Below are positions 31,468 through 35,884 of a stretch of 35,884 bases of DNA, piece after piece. Numbering within the stretch: position 1 is the first letter of the stretch; each line of letters starts with the position of its first letter. Source of the stretch: a virus; the IMG/VR virus record IMGVR_UViG_3300021431_000053. One strand, 5' to 3'. Under the pieces are notes generated by a model. That model saw nothing but the letters and a program-made list of their open reading frames with translations. It was not told where the DNA came from and made no database searches. The translations under genes and the position numbers were made by a program.

Positions 31468-32877
31468 ATGGCAACATACGGAACAAGCAACAAATACATA
31501 AATTATTCCGTCAACTCGCAGGAGATATCAACGAACAAAGCCAGCAACACATCCGTCGTGAGGGTGTGGATAGACGTATGGAGAACCAACTCTGGATACA
31601 CGACATATGGTACTGGAACGGCATATGCGAGAATCAACGGCACTGTTTATAGTGCTGGCATATCGACATCACAGAAGATAACATCAACTGCCATAAGGCT
31701 CCTCACGAAGGACGTGACGGTAGCGCATGATGCAAACGGGTCAAAGAGCATATCGATAACAGGATGGATATCGCACCAGAGATTCAGCTCAAGCGAGCAG
31801 GGGTATACGCACACGCTTACGACGATCCCAAGACAGGCCAACATAACAGGAGCATGGGACATGAGCGATACGGACAACCCTAAGATCACCTTCTCCAATC
31901 CTGGCGGGTTCAGCCTGTCGGTGTGGATAGAGCCGAATCCTAACGGCGAGCATTACGCCGTAAGAAACAACATTCCAAACACCGGGACGTACCAGTGGAC
32001 GCTCACAGACGGCGAACGAAGCCAGCTGAGGAACGCCTGCAAGGGAAAGACATGCACTGTAAGGTTCGGGCTGTACTCGAACGGAACGCAGTGGGCTAGC
32101 TATGTTGACAAGAAGTTCACCATGACCGAGTCCTCAGTCAGGCCTACAGGCGTGTCAGTTGTGGCAGCGACAGTAAACGACTTCTCGGGGTTGTGCCTGA
32201 AGGGCAGGTCATCGGTCAAGTTCACGGTATCTGCAAGCGCACAGTACGGTGCGACAATCTCATCTTACTATGTGACAGGAAACGAATTCTCTTATTCAGG
32301 AACGTCATCGTCATGCACGACCGACGTCATGAATGCGGCTGGAACGTTCAAGTATACTGCAACGGTAACGGACTCTAGGGGGTTCTCGTCATCCTCTACG
32401 GTATCGGTGACCGTCACGGACTATGCGCCTCCTATTCTCTCGATAAGCCCATACAGGTCGGATGCAGACGGAACGAAAAACATCATCAAGGGGACGAGCA
32501 TCACAACCGTTCCTTCGATATCCATCTCGACGCTGGGAGGAAAGAATGCCATATCCTCGGGAAGCATATCGATAGCAGGAACAGTGAAGTCATCATCAAT
32601 CTCTAATGGTGGCAGGTACATATACTCGGGATATGGCATAGGCTCGTCATATGCAGTAACTGCCACCGTGAAGGACAAGGTTGGCAATACATCGTCAGTT
32701 ACGGTAACGGTTCCAATGGCGAACATGCCATTCAACATACCAAAGGCAAAGGATGCAGTAGGACTCGGCACGATAGCGAAGTACCATGGCTATATCAACA
32801 TAGGATACGGATTCATAGATGCCAGCAATGGCACGAAGCTCTACATGGTAGGCAAGATGAACACGTACGACGGATAG
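31468..32877 (+). CDS. Tail fibre / receptor-binding-type structural protein (DUF859-like N-terminus)
   Basis: The N-terminal pattern INYSVNSQEISTNKASNTSVVRVWIDVWRTNSGYTTYGTGTAYARINGTVYS is Ser/Thr-rich and predicted beta-rich. The family assignment comes from memory. Confidence 0.5.
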   Translation: MATYGTSNKYINYSVNSQEISTNKASNTSVVRVWIDVWRTNSGYTTYGTGTAYARINGTVYSAGISTSQKITSTAIRLLTKDVTVAHDANGSKSISITGWISHQRFSSSEQGYTHTLTTIPRQANITGAWDMSDTDNPKITFSNPGGFSLSVWIEPNPNGEHYAVRNNIPNTGTYQWTLTDGERSQLRNACKGKTCTVRFGLYSNGTQWASYVDKKFTMTESSVRPTGVSVVAATVNDFSGLCLKGRSSVKFTVSASAQYGATISSYYVTGNEFSYSGTSSSCTTDVMNAAGTFKYTATVTDSRGFSSSSTVSVTVTDYAPPILSISPYRSDADGTKNIIKGTSITTVPSISISTLGGKNAISSGSISIAGTVKSSSISNGGRYIYSGYGIGSSYAVTATVKDKVGNTSSVTVTVPMANMPFNIPKAKDAVGLGTIAKYHGYINIGYGFIDASNGTKLYMVGKMNTYDG

Positions 32878-32893
32878 AAGGAGGACATATACA

Positions 32894-33454
32894 TTGGCAT
32901 GGATTAACTTTTTTGGCGACAAGGTAAGGATAAAGGACATCTTCCTGAGAAACGGCAGGTGCCTTGCGGACGTCTTCTACCCTGTCGGATCAATATACAT
33001 CTCAGCCGCATCGACAAGCCCTGCCGACATGTTCGGAGGAACGTGGAAGAAGATTAACGGAAGATACCTCCTTGCCGCAGGAGATGATGTATACGTACCT
33101 CTTACGAGTGAAGGAAGCTACTTCACGCTCAACAAGAGGAACCGAGTGAAATGGGGACGTGACGATTCATGGGTATACAAGGATTTGGATGCAGGCACGT
33201 ACAAGGCAGAGAACAAAACATTTGACGACCAAGACCCAGCGTCGGGACATCAGAAGGAAGTATGGGCAAGAGCCGAGGTCGGACTGGAACATGGTGACAT
33301 GGGACAGGGCATGAGAGTGTCAACGTTTGAATCGGTGGGCTACGGGCTGACGAAGGCACCGGGGTTCACGGAGCGTGTCATTGTATCGAGTGGAACATAC
33401 CGCCCATGCCTTCCTTCAACAGTTGTCGCCTATATGTGGCAAAGGACGGCATGA
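32894..33454 (+). CDS. Putative tail fibre/baseplate accessory protein
   Basis: TTG start nine nt after AAGGAGGA. The motif YPVGSIYISAASTSPADMFGGTWKKINGRYLLAAG is common in Firmicute phage fibre proteins. Confidence 0.45.
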   Translation: MAWINFFGDKVRIKDIFLRNGRCLADVFYPVGSIYISAASTSPADMFGGTWKKINGRYLLAAGDDVYVPLTSEGSYFTLNKRNRVKWGRDDSWVYKDLDAGTYKAENKTFDDQDPASGHQKEVWARAEVGLEHGDMGQGMRVSTFESVGYGLTKAPGFTERVIVSSGTYRPCLPSTVVAYMWQRTA

Positions 33455-33492
33455 AAAATTATTTATAAGAAGGCAGCAAGGAGGAAAGGAAT

Positions 33493-33774
33493 ATGCCAGA
33501 AATCATTTCAAGCACAAGCAAGGAGCTCACGCTAACGAACGAGATCAGGGTTGACGACAAGCCGGCATACAGCCAGTCGGTGACGATATCAAGCAGCAAG
33601 AATGAGATGACGATCTCGCAGTGGCCAGTTGACATTGACCTCTACATCAGCAACAAGACTGAGATCAGGAAGCTCAAGGACGAGTTCGAGGACATGGCAA
33701 TCGAGGCAAGAGAAGAGATTGCAGCCGAAACAACAGGCGGAGAGGAGAAAGCAGAAGATGGAAATGGTCATTAG
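33493..33774 (+). CDS. Hypothetical 93-aa protein upstream of the holin
   Basis: AAGGAGGAAAGGAAT precedes the ATG. The C-terminus is acidic. Confidence 0.55.
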   Translation: MPEIISSTSKELTLTNEIRVDDKPAYSQSVTISSSKNEMTISQWPVDIDLYISNKTEIRKLKDEFEDMAIEAREEIAAETTGGEEKAEDGNGH

Positions 33775-34216
33775 CTCGCTTCCAAGGATGAAGTTCGTCA
33801 GTGAGTTCGTTATCTATTTAGTACCGCTTATCTTCATGATTGCAGACATCGTGTCAGGACTTGCAAAGGCCTACGTGCAGAAGAATATCATCTCGCACAA
33901 GATGAGAAGCGGTATCATCAAGAAATGTGGAGAGATGATGATTATCGTGCTGACAGCCGTAGTTGTATATTCAGTTCAATGGCCTCATCAGATCATTGCT
34001 ATCGTGTCAGTATATATGATTCTTATGGAAATCATATCAATTATGGAAAACCTTGATGAAATTGGGGTTCCAATCCCTAAATGGATTGAGAAAACTATCA
34101 ACAACGTTGCGACTGATATTGACAGTGGGACTTCTAACGCAATCAGCGAAGATGACATGAAGAGACTCGTCGAGGCTGCAAGAATCATAGAAGAGAGCAA
34201 CAAGAAAGAAGAGTAA
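33758..34216 (+). CDS. Holin (Phage_holin_4_1-like, multi-TM)
   Basis: I place the start at ATG 33758, behind GGAGAGGAG. It has IADIVSGLAKAYVQKNIISHKMRSGIIKKCGEMMII plus further TM helices and lies directly upstream of the lysin. The ORF-track N-terminal extension is discounted. Confidence 0.75.
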   Translation: MEMVISSLPRMKFVSEFVIYLVPLIFMIADIVSGLAKAYVQKNIISHKMRSGIIKKCGEMMIIVLTAVVVYSVQWPHQIIAIVSVYMILMEIISIMENLDEIGVPIPKWIEKTINNVATDIDSGTSNAISEDDMKRLVEAARIIEESNKKEE

Positions 34217-34233
34217 GGAGGAAAACAAAGAAG

Positions 34234-35178
34234 ATGGCAAATAATGTCAATGATGTTTTAAACGTATTCAAATCATGGAACGGAGCAAGAGAAGGCGGAT
34301 CAACTTACAGGAATATCCTGGCAATCTATAACAATCACCAGCCACTTGCGAGAAACTACAGGGTCACAACCAAGGATTCATGGTGTGCCACTGCCGTAAG
34401 TGCCGCATTCATCCAGGCGGGTGCAGTTGATGCCATTAAGGGCGGTACGGAGTGCTCATGTGGCAAGATGGTAGAACTTGCAAAGCGTAACGGATTATGG
34501 GACGGCAACTGGAAGAGAGTGCCAGCCGTTGGCGATATCGTCATGTATGACTGGGACAAAAAGCACGGATGGCCAGAGCATGTGGGAATCGTTACAGCTG
34601 TAAACGGCTCATCCTTCACGGTAATAGAAGGTAACAAGAACGATGCCGTAGGATACAGGACTGTAATCGTTGGCAGTGCTTCAATTGCTGGATTCATCCG
34701 TCCAACATATAGAGCAGCACAACCAAAACCACAAAAAAAACCACAGCCTTCACCAAAGCCATCTGAAAACGAAAACGTAAGAAAGGCTCAGCACTTTGCA
34801 AACACGTTTGTTGATGCCGGCCTCGAGGAAGACGGAAAGATTGGGCCAGATACAAAAAAGGCCATGATTAAAGTGCTTCAGAAATGCCTAAACATTGATT
34901 ACAAAAAGAATCTTGCAATTGATGGAATTCCAGGTAAGCACACTTATGATGTACTAGGTGATCATTATGTCAAAAGAGGAGAGACTCAGTATCTTGTCAC
35001 ATTTGTCGAATGCGCGCTTAGTGCCCTCGGATATGATGTCCATGGCATCGAAACTCCAGGTATCTTCGGAGCAGGACTTGAGTATGCGGTAAAGAAGGTA
35101 CAGGAAAGAAAAGGCCTCAAGGCTGACGGCGTGGCAGGCCATGACACACTAAGATCTGTCATTTCCATGTTATCGTAG
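34234..35178 (+). CDS. Endolysin: N-terminal CHAP/NlpC-P60-like amidase/peptidase, Pro/Lys-rich linker, two PG_binding_1-like repeats
   Basis: The Cys context is KDSWCATAVSAAF and the His context is WPEHVGIVTAV...VIEGNKN. The linker is AAQPKPQKKPQPSPKPSE. The binding repeats are EDGKIGPDTKKAM and LKADGVAGHDTLRSV. Confidence 0.85.
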   Translation: MANNVNDVLNVFKSWNGAREGGSTYRNILAIYNNHQPLARNYRVTTKDSWCATAVSAAFIQAGAVDAIKGGTECSCGKMVELAKRNGLWDGNWKRVPAVGDIVMYDWDKKHGWPEHVGIVTAVNGSSFTVIEGNKNDAVGYRTVIVGSASIAGFIRPTYRAAQPKPQKKPQPSPKPSENENVRKAQHFANTFVDAGLEEDGKIGPDTKKAMIKVLQKCLNIDYKKNLAIDGIPGKHTYDVLGDHYVKRGETQYLVTFVECALSALGYDVHGIETPGIFGAGLEYAVKKVQERKGLKADGVAGHDTLRSVISMLS

Positions 35179-35180
35179 TC

Positions 35181-35384
35181 ATGATGTATAGATATTTCAT
35201 CGTCATGATCGATGATGATGCTCCATCTGACGAAAACGGCATCATGAGCAGGGACTACTATGCATCGCCTCATATCGTTAAAAAGCTGAAGAAGAATGCC
35301 GAGATTGAGGTATGGGACGATGACCGCAAACTCTCATACCATACATTCGCACTGAAGCATCTCGATCACGAACACTGCCTATAG
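35181..35384 (+). CDS. Hypothetical 67-aa protein (post-lysin moron position)
   Basis: It is an ORF only, with a weak RBS. Confidence 0.4.
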   Translation: MMYRYFIVMIDDDAPSDENGIMSRDYYASPHIVKKLKKNAEIEVWDDDRKLSYHTFALKHLDHEHCL

Positions 35385-35435
35385 ATTTCTTGTTTAACTC
35401 GTTTGCAACGGGAATGAATCTCGTTGCACTAATAT

Positions 35436-35476
35436 GAAAAAATCCCAGGGATTCATTTCCCTGGGAATTTTTTTGC
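35436..35476. terminator. Bidirectional intrinsic terminator at the end of the late operon
   Basis: AAAAAA-TCCCAGGGA-TTCATT-TCCCTGGGA-ATTTTTTT, with a perfect 9-bp stem. Confidence 0.8.
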
Positions 35477-35524
35477 GTTGGAAAAATTCATTTTGTTGAA
35501 TTTTATTGCTTAAAAGTACTCAAT

Positions 35525-35545
35525 TAGTAACAAAATAGTAACAAA
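35525..35545. repeat. Two copies of TAGTAACAAA in 11-bp phase (candidate integrase arm-type sites)
   Basis: The copies lie at 35525..35534 and 35536..35545, identical to the pair at 35662..35682. Confidence 0.6.
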
Positions 35546-35603
35546 CATCACAAAAATAGCGTATTTTATTGACTTAAATTTCTAGGATAAAAACATTTAC
35601 GCC

Positions 35604-35632
35604 AAAAAAAGCCCTTAAAATGGGCTTTTTTT
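35604..35632. terminator. Bidirectional A-tract/GCCC-loop-GGGC/T-tract hairpin lying between the two arm-repeat pairs
   Basis: AAAAAAAGCCC-TTAAAAT-GGGCTTTTTTT. Confidence 0.55.
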
Positions 35633-35661
35633 GTTATGAAAAGTCGTGAAATGCACCTAAC

Positions 35662-35682
35662 TAGTAACAAATTAGTAACAAA
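35662..35682. repeat. Two more copies of TAGTAACAAA in 11-bp phase
   Basis: The copies lie at 35662..35671 and 35673..35682, in the same orientation as the first pair. Confidence 0.6.
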
Positions 35683-35714
35683 GAATCATGCCGCCAGATG
35701 CCGCGGCTGCGCAT

Positions 35715-35751
35715 GAGAAAAGGGGGCGGCAGTGATGACTGCCAGTCCCCC
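35715..35751 (-). terminator. Intrinsic terminator of the integrase gene
   Basis: The minus strand after the int stop reads GGGGG-ACU-GGCAG-UCAUCA-CUGCC-G-CCCCC, followed by UUUUCUC. Confidence 0.65.
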
Positions 35752-35757
35752 TGGTCC

Positions 35758-35884
35758 CTATATCCTCATGCTGTTGATCTCCCTGTACAGGACGTTCTTC
35801 GACTCGTTTGTGTAGACATCGAAAGTTATGTCATTCATCTTGTGTCCGAGAACCTTCTTGCGCACGTAGATGTTTACGCTGTTA
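35758..35884. repeat. 127-bp exact terminal duplication of bases 1..127 (circular-contig overlap)
   Basis: Read directly: CTATATCCTCATGCTGTTGATC...GATGTTTACGCTGTTA occurs at both ends. Confidence 0.95.

Noticed and set aside
28249-33454. A diversity-generating retroelement acting on the fibre genes
   Set aside because: The genome contains no reverse transcriptase gene and no template/variable repeat pair.
35385-35757. A tRNA or tmRNA fragment as the attP core
   Set aside because: I can see no T-arm (GGTTCGAATCC-like) or acceptor-stem pattern here or anywhere else in the window. No tRNA genes were found.

Overview
The window is one complete temperate siphovirus-type phage genome from a Firmicutes-like host, recovered as a circular contig. 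Bases 35758..35884 repeat bases 1..127 exactly, so the unique length is 35757 bp.

Gene order is canonical:
- Minus-strand lysogeny module (1..4065): tyrosine integrase, an AT-rich accessory island, and a CI-like XRE/S24 repressor.
- Divergent switch region (4066..4474).
- Plus-strand early genes: Cro-like protein, BRO/KilAC antirepressor, a degenerate HNH-like protein, an Xis-like HTH protein, YqaJ exonuclease, RecT, a winged-helix initiator followed by an iteron origin, a G39P-like loader and a RuvC-like resolvase.
- An AT-rich array of Cys-rich paralogs, then an ArpU-like late regulator.
- Packaging and head genes: TerS, PBSX-type TerL, SPP1-type portal, MuF/gp7 minor head protein, Prp-like protease, scaffold and major capsid.
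- Connector and tail genes: major tail protein, G/G-T chaperones, tape measure, Dit, a collagen-repeat Tal and two fibre/receptor-binding proteins.
- Holin, CHAP endolysin, then an attP-like non-coding region.

The most unusual part is the int-cI island (1132..3414). It holds a MazF/PemK-fold protein with a large helical insertion and no protein antitoxin. Next to it is a self-contained small-RNA unit with two tandem 27-nt repeats. A 280-aa orphan ORF follows, preceded by a promoter, a roughly 190-nt GC-rich structured leader, an intrinsic terminator and an RBS. That layout resembles a type III toxin-antitoxin locus or a riboswitch. I read the island as a candidate RNA-controlled toxin or defence module expressed in the lysogen.

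The second point of interest is the MuF head protein. It carries an AT-rich C-terminal RadC/JAB-like domain, followed by a small ORF, a terminator and a start-less relic ORF.

All calls rest on reading the sequence and on motif recall. No database search was run.
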